Assembly: GCF_036971445.1 (NCBI RefSeq)
Contig: NC_091469.1
Location: forward strand, 340,690,001 to 340,754,000
Reading direction: 5' to 3'
From: Narcine bancroftii
Lineage: Eukaryota
Length of the DNA stretch: 64,000 bases
Shown here: positions 37,170 to 49,030 of the stretch, piece after piece
How the letters are laid out: each line of letters begins with the position of its first letter
How positions within the stretch are numbered: the first letter of the stretch is position 1
Made by a program: the position numbers and the translations under genes
The notes under the pieces: model-generated
What the model was told of the DNA's origin: nothing
What the model saw: only the letters and a program-made list of their open reading frames with translations
Database searches by the model: none

Positions 37170-38210
37170 TTCCACTGAGAAGCTGTTCAAGGCCTCAGCC
37201 ATTTCCACATTCCTCATAATTAATTCCTTCTTTTATTCTTCCAATTCACCTGTTTTAACTTTAGACACCCTTTCCCACATGATATATTTATAAAAACCTT
37301 TATTGTTTTTTTATATTCTGTAGTAGTTTACTTTCTCTTTATTGATTGTTTAGTGTTTCATATTTCTTTTTAAACTGTTTTCTCAATCTTCCAGCCTCCC
37401 TATACTCTATGACTTTGTACGCACAAGATTTTAATTTGATGCCTTCCTTCATTTCTTCCCTCCTCTTACTGTTGTTAATTTGAACTGGAATATATTTTGT
37501 TGAGCCCTGTGAAAAATCTCTTTGAAAATGATACAATGGTCCTCAACTGTCACACAATATTACCTGAGTTCCCAATTTATGTTAGCCAACTCCTTCCGCA
37601 GCCCTTTATAGACTCTCTTGTTTGGGCATAGCACTGGTTTTAGATCTTACTAATGTCCTTTTGGGATCTTTTATATTTCAATAGGATCACACCTCATTCT
37701 TCTAAACTCTAAAGAAGGCATTCTCAACCTGTTTACCATCTCTTAATCGGACGTCCTCTCTCCCATGATTAACCTGGTGAATCCCTGTTGGACTTTTTCC
37801 CCATATTAAGGCTTTTCCATCCTTTCCTGGATTGGGGGACTAAAAGTGTGTATTGTACTCCAGCACCCTGCTCAATTGTGATAAATCTATCGTACTTCTA
37901 AACTCCAATCACTTTTGCAACAAAGACCAATGTGTAATCTTCTCTTTTCCCTACTTGGTGTATTTGCTTGTAACTTTGTGAGTCACATAAAACAAGAACA
38001 CTCACTTCTCTCTGCACTTTGAGTTACTTGCAGATTTTTTTCCCCCATTTAGGTAATAATTTGCCTCTTGACTCCTCTTACTAAAGTAGATGCCTTCACA
38101 TTTTTCTACATTGCACTCCATTTGCCAAGTTTTCACCCATTCAATCTCTCTTTATCCTTTTTGAGAATCAGAATATCATCATCACAACTTGCCTTTCCTG
38201 TGATTTTTTT
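37170..38210 (-). mobile_element. Degenerate CR1-like fragments
   Basis: ggatcacacctcattcttctaaactc, tttttctacattgcactccatttgccaa and related CR1 minus-strand motifs. Confidence 0.55.
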
Positions 38211-40329
38211 TAATATAATCAGAAGTAAACTGTCGGGTTTTGATGAACAATAAGCCATTTTCATGTCTAAATTGACTCGACAATATTGATATATTGTTTG
38301 ATATTGAGTCAGGCCATTTTAGCAAGTTAAGCCAGATACAGTAACACAAAACACTGTCAATCTGGAAATCCGTTCTGGTGAGGAGGCTGTGGGAAATGAT
38401 GAAGGTTTCCTTAACCCAAGACCGGGTTCGGCAGATGTCATGTACAAGTCATTGGCATCTTTATGCAGACACATCATCATTTTCTTCTTGTCCAACCCTG
38501 GGAGATGTAACCCAAATTACTTTCCGAGTAATCTGTCAGGATCATGTTGCCAAAAATGTCAATTTATGCTGGCAATGGAACAAACGTGCACCATGTGACC
38601 TGTGATGTTTTTGGTGTACATATTATGCTGGAAAATCTCAGTCACAATAAGGTGAATAGTTCATGGCAGTGTCCAGGACAATTCTCTGTTGGACACATGA
38701 TTTCACCTGGAAATGATGGCAAGCATGATCTATCCTGATTTAAGTAATTAAAGTTGCATCAAGTTACAGGTTAAAAATGAGCTAATTGTAGCACTTTCAC
38801 CTGTACTGGCCATAGTGTGGTTATTTTGCAGAAAAACAGAAGTATTCTTTTAGTGAGACTTTAAAAAGATGTCTGTTCTCTTCATATCCTTTCTTGGCAC
38901 GATCCCGCAATCTCTCGCCTCCCTGCCTTCCTCTGGTTCAGCTCTTCCAAATGGTTACTTTTACATTATTTAAAATGGATAAGCCTGAACCTTAAAATAA
39001 TTTCTTAATTGAGGGCACCTCAGGTAAACCAATGGAAAGTAAATCATGAAAATCTGTAAACACCATAGTTGAAGTAAAAAAAACACATAATGCAGGAGAA
39101 GCTCAGCAGATCAAACAGTGTCCTTTATGTAGCAAATGTAAAGATACATAAATGTTTCAGGCTTGAGCCCTTCAGCAAGGTATGAGAAAATGCCGTCAGG
39201 TATCTGAACAAAAGAGTATGGGGGTGGCTGTGGAGAATGTCTGCAAAGCTGCCTGTCTCCCCTCTGGCGAGCTTTGCTGTTCGAACATTGGCTGTGCATT
39301 ATCTCTTCTGTTAAGGACACTCCCCTTGGATATAACTGTATATGCATCTATTATCTTTAATTATTGTACCATGAGTTTCCGCTAATAAAAGCCATGATTA
39401 TTGTTTGACCACATCGTCTTTGTCTACTTCATCAACTGGCACTTCAATTTTATTAGCAGAAGTGGATGCAGCACCAGAGCAGCTGATAATCGACCAGTCT
39501 GCCCTAAGAGCCAGAGAAATTCTCAACCACTGGATTGCTTGTTTCGATTACTACATGGCTTGAAACAACGTGGTCAATGAGGCGATAGAGTGGGGTCACC
39601 TGAACTCTCTGCTGGGTGAGGTTCCTTTCGTCGTAACGCAAGGAGCTACCACTCTGGCTATAGCCCGGGAACGTCTGACTGCTTACTGTGCAGTGCCACA
39701 GAAAGTGGTACTTGCTTGACACCAGTTGCTGATTAGACGCCAGAAACCCGGGGAAACTGACACTGCCTATGCACTGGCTCTCGACTCACTGACAAATGAA
39801 TGTGATGTCAGGGCATCTGGATGCTTTAGTCAACGGGATTGACTCCAGTTACATCTGACAGAGGCTGCTGGAGATGGAGCCCTTAACCTACGACCGGGCA
39901 GTCACTCTAGCCAAAACACTGAGAAGTGCCATACGGTCCAGTGAAATGCTAGAAACCGAAAAGGAAACATCCAGGAGTGCTGGATTCCTGAAGGAAAGAA
40001 AAAGGTGAACTCCTGAAAAATGCTACTTCTGTGATAAGAGCTGGCACCCCAGACAGAAATTCCTGGCTCGATTTGCTACCTGCAGCTATTGTGGGAAACT
40101 CAACCACTTTGCTAAAGCGTGTAAGGTGAAAAGTATTCCCAGTGAGAAGGAGAAGAAGAAAACCACCAAGAAAATGCATCCTGGAGCTACAGGAATGGAA
40201 GACAACTGTGAAAAGGGGGAATCTTCAGACGAGCAGGCTGAATTGACTTCAAGTGACGATGAGGTGAGATCCCCTGTGATAGCTCAATTGACTCCAAAGC
40301 TTGGGGGATGTTATGGACTGGAATGGTCG

Positions 40330-43300
40330 ACTATGAAGGGGGAGACTCTTGATTGTCTAATAGACTCAGGAAGTGCTGACAGCAACATCCACGAGAGAGT
40401 TGCCAGAGCCTTAAATTTGCGGAGATATCCAACGAACCGAAAGATATCGATGGCTTGTAGTGAACTTACAAAAACTATACGGGACGAGTGTAAAGTTACT
40501 TTAAATTTGCAGGGACATTACCTGGCTGATGTGTGGCTCTTTATTATGCCAGAGCTCTGCGCCCCTGTGGTACTGGGGTTAGATATTCAATCTCAGATGA
40601 ACGGTGTAGTGTTAAATTTCGGTGGGTGTCGGACTCTGGCTTTACCTTACTCTTAATTTAGTCTATGTGTAATCTGAGTCCAGCGTGTTCTTTGAATGAA
40701 GTGATAGGAGAAGGTATTCGGTTCAACAGTCAATTTATTACACAGCACAAGAATAAAACTTAACAGAGCTCTGGGTCACTCATTAGTTCATAGGTCACCT
40801 GCACAGTGAGCTACTCCCCAAGACTGACCCCTATTGTCCAGTTGGTTCAGTTTATATAGGTCAACCTTATCATACAGAACAAAAGTTGGCTTCCTTTGCT
40901 AGATTTCATTATCATACAGAACAAAAGTTGTCTTCCTTTGCTAGATCTTTTTGCATAAGGGTTATCACAAGTCATCTCCTGTTTTGCAGATACCTGGGGT
41001 GTAGCACTCCCATCTTAATCCTCCAGGCCAGACTATCCTGTTGTGTTGATCAGAAATTAATTCATCCCCAGATATTTCTAATCACCATTCTGTTCTTGTC
41101 TGGCCAATTTCTGCTGTTCTCTTTAACACCTCCTCATGCCTTAATCTTCCTCCTAGACTGGTTTTCCATTCCCTTTGTTTCTTGCAGGCCATTCTTTGTT
41201 CTGGTCTGGCCTGTGTCTCCTGTGCTACTCACCACCTCCTTCAGTTTGAGCATTCCTCCTAAATCGTTTTATGCATTTCCTCTCCCTGTATTTTGGAGCA
41301 GACAATTTTGCTCAGCCAACTTTGCTCCATACTGTGATTGCCACTTAATCACATTCCTTTTTCCCTGAACCATGCAGTAAATATACACTTATTAATTAAT
41401 CATTTATTTCATACTGTTTTAACCCCTAGATTCCAACATGGGCCAATACACATGCTTACCATCCCCCGCGCTAGTTACTGTGGTCTGTCAACATTAAAGA
41501 TCAAAGCTCCCTCCCTTTTCAGTAATTTATCCCCCGAATGTCGGCCGATTGCCACTAAGAGCCGTTCTTACAGCAAAGAGGATTAAACCCAATAAGAGTC
41601 CATGGCGAGCCCAGGTGGTAATTGTGAAAAATTACACTAAGAAAAGACTGGCTATTGACTACAGCCAGACAATCAACCGTTACACTGGATGCCTACCCCC
41701 TGCCATGCATCAATGAAATGATTAATCAGATAGCACAATACAAAGTGTACTCCACTATCTACCTCAAGGCAGCTTACCACCATATCCCCATTAAAAAAAA
41801 GGAATGAGCCTATACAGCCTTTGAGGCTGATGGGGGTTATACCAGTTTAAAAGGGTACCTTTTGGAGTCACTAATGGTCTGTCGGTGTTTCAGAGGGAAA
41901 TGGATAAGATTGTTAGGACGTATGAGTTACAGGATACGTTTCCCTATCTGGATAATGTCACTATCTGTGGGAAAACACAGGCTAAGCACGACAACAACTT
42001 AGAAATTTTTTGCAACAGCTAAAGAACTCAACCTTATATTTAACAAGGGCAAAGGTGTGTTCAATGCGACAGAGCTACCCATTCTGGGCTACATTGTCCG
42101 CAAGGGCGAAATCCACCCCGACCCGGAAAGAATGGTCCCCCTTAAGAAGTTACTACCCCCAAATTCAGTAAAAGCCCTTAAAAGGAGTATGGGATTTTTT
42201 TCCTACTACTGCAAATGGGTTCGGGACTACGCCATGAAGGCACGCCCTCTGTTTGACACTAAATCTTTTCCTCTCTCTCCAATGGCCTTGATGCCTTTCA
42301 AGAGAATTAAAGCTGATATTGCCAAAGATGCACTCTCATCCATTGACAAGGATGTCCCATTCCAAGTGGAAACTGATGCCTCAGATTGTGCCTTGGCAGG
42401 AACCCTTAATCAAAAGGGCAGACCTGAGGCATTCTTCGCCCGCCCATTACGCAGTCCTGAACTTAAACATCTTGCCATTGAAAAAGAAGCCCAGGCTATT
42501 ATTGAAGCTGTTCGCTACTGGAGACACTTTCTAGCCAGCAGAAAATTTACTCTTGTCACTGATAAGAAATCTGTAGACTACATGTTCAGTACTAAACAGA
42601 AAAGTAAAATCAAGAATGATAAGATGGCACACTAGTGAATAGAACTCTCAACTTATAATTATGAGATCCAGTACTGACCAGGCAGGTTAAATGATCCCTC
42701 TGACGCATTGTCACGATCCGCTGCTGGTGCTCAGCTGGAGGGGCTAAAAGAGATCCATAGCAGACTGTACCACCCAGGAGTCATGAGATTCTTCCACTAC
42801 ATAAGGGCTAACGACCTGCCTTACTCTCTGGAAGAAGTCAGGAAACTAACTAAAAGCTGTCCTGTTTGCGCAGAATGCAAACCTCAATGGTTTAAAGCTC
42901 CAGAGGCCACTTTCATCAAGGCAACCCAACCTTTTGAGAGGATTAGCTTAGATTTTAAAGGGCCGTTACCTTCCAACAACAAAAATGTATATTTCCTTAC
43001 CGTAATTGACAAATATTTCAGGTTTCCCTTTGCGATACCCTGCCCTGATGTCTCGTCAGTGTCTGTCATTAAGTCACTTGACAGAATTTTCAGTATTTTT
43101 GGTTTTCCCAATTACATTCTTACCGATAGAGGCTCAGCATTCATGAGCGTTGAACTGTGGCGAGCTCTGCTTCGAAAGGGGATTGCCACCAGCTGTACCA
43201 CGAGCTACAACCCGCAGGGCAATGGGCAGGTTGAAAGGGCTAATGCTACATTCTGGAAGACTGTTAATCTTGCTTTAAAAACACATGGTTACCCTGTTAC

Positions 43301-43812
43301 CCAGTGGCAGGAGGTGCTGCCTGAGGCACTACATTCTATTCAGTCTTTATTGTGTACTGCAACAAATCAAATGTATGTTTGCCCTTCCTAGGAAATCAGG
43401 AACTGTGATGGACTGGCCAGCCTGTTTATCTGACCCTGGAACCATGCTGCTGAAGAGCCACGCTCGGGCATGTAAAACAGATTCCCTAGTCCAACCAGTT
43501 CAGCTACTGCATACTAACCCCAAATACGCTCATGTTAACTTCCCAGATGAGAGTACTGACACTGTACCCCTAAAAGATCTGGCCTCGCCTGGTTCACTCC
43601 TTCCTTGCACCCCTACTCAGAGTGAGCCTAAGAGGTTGGATTCACCCCCCCAGCCTGTGACCCCTAGTAAGGTTTCAGATGGCCAGGCTGAGGCTCCACT
43701 GCCTCACGCTAGCGATTGTGGAGTGGGTCCAGAAGCCAGTCCTTCCCACACTACAGACTCAGGACCTGTACCAATTCCCAAGGTTGCAAAGGAGCCACCT
43801 GTTTTGAGATGA
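40330..43812 (+). pseudogene. G2 pol (PR-RT-RNaseH-IN), disrupted
   Basis: ORFs 40126-40656, 41338-41586, 42057-42635, 42708-43391 and 43285-43812. Confidence 0.92.
40627..41438 (-). mobile_element. Solo LTR (812 bp) inserted antisense in G2 pol
   Basis: Termini tgtcggactct / agattccaaca (inverted, TG..CA) and 4-bp TSD TGGG. Removing it restores the frame LNFGG-PIHMLT. TATA (ctatataaa, ~40851-40859) and AATAAA (~40734) on the minus strand. Confidence 0.88.
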
Positions 43813-44899
43813 AGCACCAGAATTTGTAAACAACCTGATAGACTGACATATTTATAAAACATCTCATTATATTTCAATTGCTTACTAGATACTGCCATAT
43901 TTTGGCTGTTAGAGTAGCTCAAGGCCAAACATGGTATCCATGTATCGCTTGCTTCAGTCTTTCCTAGCAGCTGTCCTTTTGATTTTAACCCTTCTTCTGC
44001 CGGGGGAGACTGTGGTGAATGTCTGCCAAGCTGCCTGTCTCCCCTCTGGCGAGCCTTGCTGTACTAACATTGGCTGTGCATTATCTCTACTGTTAAGGAC
44101 ATTCTCCTTGGATATAACTGTATATGCATCCATTGTCTTTCATTATTGTATCATCTGCTAATAAAAGCCATTATTATGGTTTGACCACATCGTCTTTGTC
44201 TACTTCATCAACTAGCACTTCAGTGGCAAAAGCAGGAGATGATAGATGGAGAAAGGGGGGAGGGGACAGCAGCTTTGAGTGGGAGGAGGGAGGGGAAAAT
44301 TGGAAAGACTGGAAAGGGTGAGGGGATCGTAAAGGTGAGTAGGTTTAGTAGAAAGCAGTAAAGTCAATGTTAATACCATCTGGCTGGAGAGCGCAAAGAC
44401 AGAAAATAAGATGTCTTTCCTCCAATCTGCAGATGGTCTGGGTGGGACAGAACATAAGGCCATGGACAGACATGTGAGTGTAGGAGTGTGACCCAGAATT
44501 AAAATGATTGGCCACTAGCAGGTCCGTTCTGTGACCGGACTCTCCGATGCCTCAAAGGGAATGGTAAATAAGTCGTCTGAATGTACAAGAGAAGTGTTGC
44601 TTCATGCGAAGTGGATGTACAAGAGAAGTGTTACTTCATGTGAAAAGCCTGTTTGGGGTTGAGGACCATGGTGAGGGAGGAGGTGTGCATGCAAGTGTTG
44701 CATCTCCTGCAAGCTTAGGAGAAGTTGCCAGGTGGGGGGAATGGGTAGAGAGGGATGAGTATACGAGGGAATTGTGGAGGAAGCGGTTCCTGTGGAAGGC
44801 TGAGAAGGGAGGAGAAGGAAAAATGTTTATCCCCCACACAAAGTCCAAAAGCACTTTGCTTCTTTCTGAACCAAAGACCCAACTAGTCACCCTCTTCCA

Positions 44900-46065
44900 C
44901 CAGCCTCCTCTGCTTGGCAGAAATTGTCCTCACTCTAAATAACTTCTCCTTTAACTCATCCCAGTTCTTCCAAATCAAAGGAGGAGCCATGGGTACCGCA
45001 TGGGTCCCAGCTATGCCTGCCTGTTTGTGGGCTTTGTGGAGCAATCCATGCTGCAAGCCTACACAGATAAGACCCCTCAACTCTTCTCCAGTATATTGAC
45101 GACTACATTGGTGCTGCCTCATCCACCCGCGATGAGCTTGTCAACTTCATTCACTTTGTGGCCAAATTCCACCCTGACCTCAAACTCACCTGGTCCAACA
45201 GCAATAATACTCTCCTCTTCCTGGATATCTCCATCTCCATCTTGGGAGACAAGCTTTCCACTGACATATATTACAAGCCCACTAACTGCCACAACTACGT
45301 GGACTACACTTCCTCACACCCTGTTGCCTGCAAGGATTCCATCCCCTTCTCTCAATTTCACTTGTCTCCACTGCATCTGTTCCCAAGATGTGGTCTTCTA
45401 GTCCAGTCCAAAATGTCTGCCTTCTTCCACAAATGTGGCTTTTTTTCCAAAACTCAACTCTCACCCACATCTCTTCCAATTTCCGCTCATCTGCCCTGGC
45501 CCCCCTCTGCCCCCAGACACAATAAACATAGAATCCCCCTCGTCCATCCTCACCTACCACCCCACCAGTCTCCACATCCAACACATTATCCGCTGGAATT
45601 TCCGGAACTTACTACAGGATCCCACCACCAGACATATTTTTCCTTTTCCTCCCCTCTCGGCTTTCCCCAGGGACCGCTCCCCTTGCGATTCCCTCATGCA
45701 TTCATCCCTCTCCCCCACCCCAGCAACTTCCCCTGTGCCTACAGGAGGTGCCAAACCTCCGGCAACACTTCCTCCCACTTCACTTGTACATCCACAGGAC
45801 TGACTTACTGCATCTGGTGCTCCCTTTGTGGCCTTCTCTACATCGAAAAGACTGGTCACAGATTGGGAGATTGCTTCACTCAGCACCTCCTCTCCATCTG
45901 CGACAACAGCAACCACCCTCCCAGTGGCCAATCATTTCAATTCTGAATCACACTCCACACTCAAATGTCAGTCAATGGCCTTGTGTACAATCCCACCTTC
46001 AGATTGGAGAAACAACACTTTATTTTCCATCTGAGCACCCTCCAGCCAGGTGGCATTTACATTGA
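44900..46065 (+). pseudogene. Penelope RT plus GIY-YIG endonuclease remnant
   Basis: ORF pieces 44914-45099, 45000-45401 and 45158-45946. Confidence 0.88.
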
Positions 46066-46292
46066 CTTTTCTACTTTCTACTAAACCTCCTTGCCTTTTT
46101 GTTCCCCCTCCTCTTTCCCTCTCTTTCCAGTTCTCCCTTCCTTCCCTCTTATCTACCCAGCCAACCCTTCTCCCCCTCATTGCCACTGTCTCCTCCCTCC
46201 TTCCTCCACATATCATCTCCTGCCTTTGCCATTACCCCCCCCACCCCCCACCCCCACCCAATCTTCTCTTTGGACGCTTGCCGGCATTTTCC

Positions 46293-46333
46293 CATACCTT
46301 GATGAAGGGCTCAATCCTGAAACGTCAGTTATG
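46293..46333 (+). ncRNA. Minimal type-I hammerhead-ribozyme-like motif in Penelope pLTR (variant core)
   Basis: catacc-TTGATGA-a-gggc tcaa tcct-GAAACGTC-agttatg: stem I catacc/(a)gttatg, stem II, and GAAA with ACGT palindrome. Confidence 0.5.
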
Positions 46334-46625
46334 TATTTTTACCTTTGTGACATAAAGGACATTGTTTGACCTGCTGATTTTCTCCAGCATTTTGTGTTTT
46401 TAGGTAAATCAATGGTTTTGTGTCAAGTTTCAAAATTCTTAACTATCTTTCCAAGTTTTTAGAATATTAAAAGGTTTTGTAAAGAATGCACAACATTTCA
46501 ATAACATCAGGTTTTGTGTTGATGAAGCCTGTTTTTATGTATTTTTCTCTCAGGTAATATTATCTAAAGTTGATAGGTGTCTTTAAATTAAATTTAGTTG
46601 TCACAAAATACCCTATGAACAGACA

Positions 46626-47016
46626 ATACATGACAATAAAGGAATCTTGACAGCCTTTACCACATTTATGGCAAGTTATCGATGAGAGGTCTAATCAAGG
46701 TTCAAGGAGATTTTGTAGGTGGACTAAGTAAACAGCTCTGAAGAAGCTCCAGTAAATGTAGAATCAATAATGGCACTTCTCATAGTCAAATTATTTTGTC
46801 CTCATCCACAATCTATAAATGCCAATTTCTTAACAGAAGGATATAATATGAGGTAGAGATGTGCTGCAACCACACAACATGTAAGATACACCAACTACAA
46901 CAGCAGAAATTAAATTACTGTAGTGCACCATAAGGCAGCAAAAGAGATAATAAATATAGAAAACTGATAAATAAATATTCATAGTTCCAAAGTTTAGAGT
47001 AGATTGTGGTGTTCAT
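46626..47016 (-). repeat. Inverted local copy of 52533-52917 flanked by a 13-bp direct repeat
   Basis: About 96% reverse-complement match by eye. ctatgaacagaca at 46613-46625 and 47017-47029. Confidence 0.92.
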
Positions 47017-47196
47017 CTATGAACAGACAGTCACATAAAGAGTACACTAGTTCTGTTTTTAATGGCTGATATTACTTTCCTTAGTATGTGACCAGAATGT
47101 TCAAGAATTTTTAAAGTTACTTTAAAATTCCTCACTAATCTGTACACAAACAATATGAATAGCAGGAGCCCAAATAAATGGTTCTTTAGTCTCCAG

Positions 47197-47590
47197 ATTC
47201 AAGATTATTTTACTGTCATGTAATCAAACAGAAAATGTATTATATGATATTTCGTCTACCGTAAGACAGACAAGGTTTGATTTCAACAAAAATTGCTGAG
47301 TGCCCCTTAGAGCTGGAGAAAGAGAAGCAAATGAGAGTCCCCCAGAAGTCACTGAATGTCCATGGCTTTACCTCCTGCATTCCTGCAGCCTTCCTTCAGT
47401 CCAAACATCAGCAACCTGAGCTCCAGATGTACACCTCTGACACGATCGGGAAGCCTCCAGCGCCCTCTCACATCCTGGTTCCGATACCTGCTACCTCTCC
47501 AGCAGTCTATTGTGAGTCCTTTGACCCCAGCAGTTGCCAGTGCTCGCATCTTACGTGGGCACCTCACCTTGGGACATGAACAGCCCGCCT
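47197..47590 (-). mobile_element. Unclassified non-autonomous retroposon, related copy at 52895-53520
   Basis: Shared caagatt..tgtcatgtaat..ccgtaag.cagaca..agagaagcaaatgagagtcc. Confidence 0.5.
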
Positions 47591-47718
47591 CTTATATATT
47601 CTTCAGCCTCAGAGCCACTGTTCTGCCTCTGTTTTTGTTTGTAATCTGTTTTAACATGATAATTATACTAACATTAAAAATAGTGTATAGATATAATGTG
47701 TTATGTAGTTTTTTTTTC

Positions 47719-49030
47719 CTTTGGCTTGACTTCGCGGACAAAGATTTATGGAGGGGTATGTCCATGTCTGCTGCAGGCTTGTTCGTGACTGACAAGTCCG
47801 ATGCGGGACAGGCAGGCACGATTGCAGCAGTTGCAATGGAAAATTGGTTGGTTGGGGTTGGGTGTTGGGTTTTTCCCCCTTTGTCTTTTGTCAGTGAGGT
47901 GGGCTCTGCAGTCTTCTTCAAAGGAGGTTGCTGCCTGCTGAACTGTGAGGCGCCAAGATGCATGGTTGGAGGCAATATCAGCCCACTGGCGGTGGTCAAT
48001 GTGGCAGGCACCAAGAGATTTCTTTAAGCAGTCCTTGTACCTCTTCTTTGGTGTGCCTCTGTCTTGGTGGCCAGTGGAGAGCTCGCCATAGAACATGATA
48101 TTGGGAAGGCGATGGTCCTCCATTTTGGAGACGTGACCCACCCAGTGCAGTTGGGTCTTCAGCAGCGTGGATTCGATGCTTGCGGACTCTGCCAGCTCGA
48201 GTACTTTATGTTGGAGATGAAGTCGCTCCAATGAATGTTGAGGATGGAGCGGAGACAGCGCTGATGGAAGCGTTCTAGGAGCCGTAGGTGATACCGGTAG
48301 AGGACCCATGATTCAGAGCCGAACAGGAGCGTGGGTATGACAATGGCTCTGTACACACTGATCTTTGTGTGTTTCTTCAGGTGGTTGTTTTTCCAGACTC
48401 TTTTGTGTAATCTTCCAAAGGCGCTATTTGCCTTGGCTAGTCTGTTGTCTATCTCGTTGTCGATCCTTGCATCAGATGAAATGGTGCAGCCGAGGTAGGT
48501 AAACTGGTTGACCGTTTTGAGTTCTGTGTGTCCGATGGAGATGTGGGGGTGCTGGTGGTCATGGTGGGGAGCTGGCTGATGGAGGACCTCAGTTTTCTTC
48601 AGGCTGACTTCCAGGCCAAACATTTTGGCAGTTTCCGCAAAACAGGACGTCATGCGCTGGAGAGCTGGCTCTGAATGGGCAACTAAAGAGGCATCGTCTG
48701 CAAAGAGTAGTTCATGGACAAGTTGCTCTTGTGTCTTGGTGTGAGCTTGCAGGTGCCTCAGATTGAAGAGACTGCCATCCATGCGGTACCGGATGTAAAC
48801 AGTGTCTTCTTCATTGTTGAGGTCTTTCATGGCTTGTTTCATGCTGAAGAAGATAGTAAAGAGGGTTGGTGCGAGGACGCAGCCTTGATAGTAAAGAGGG
48901 TTGGTGCGAGGACGCAGCCTTGCTTCACGCCGTTTTCAATGGAGAAGGGTTCGGAGAGCTCATTGCTGTATCTGACCCGACCTTGTTGGTTTTCGTGCAG
49001 TTGGATAACCATGTTGAGGAACTTGGGGGG
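47719..49030 (-). mobile_element. RTE-clade (BovB-like) LINE, 5'-truncated
   Basis: ORFs 48159-48842 (LLFADD, KKTEV, FTYLG) and 47746-48309 (WVGHVSKMEDHRLP, C-terminal CNCCNRAC). 36-bp internal tandem duplication near 48852-48922. Confidence 0.92.

Larger units (their letters stand above)
39229..44222 (+). mobile_element. Near full-length Gypsy LTR retrotransposon (element G2)
   Basis: LTRs 39229-39446 and 44011-44222 (about 92% identical by eye). Perfect 5-bp TSD GTGGC and PPT gggggagac. Gag with CCHC, protease LIDSGS, RT YLDN, RNase H ETDAS and integrase HHCC/DFKGP. Confidence 0.96.
39036..46401 (+). mobile_element. Penelope-like element: inverted pLTR (39036-39228 and 44228-44829) head-to-head with RT/GIY-YIG body (44830-46401), interrupted by Gypsy G2
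   Basis: 14-bp TSD aggtaaaccaatgg (39022-39035) / aggtaaatcaatgg (46402-46415). RT motifs GGAMGT-MGPSYA, YIDD, FLDI and YYKPT. GIY-YIG-like YCIWC..CGLLYIEKT. Confidence 0.88.

Noticed and set aside
40886-41368. Hydrophobic 160-aa ORF as an env or membrane gene inside G2
   Set aside because: It lies on the antisense strand of the solo LTR. The pyrimidine-rich composition explains the hydrophobicity.
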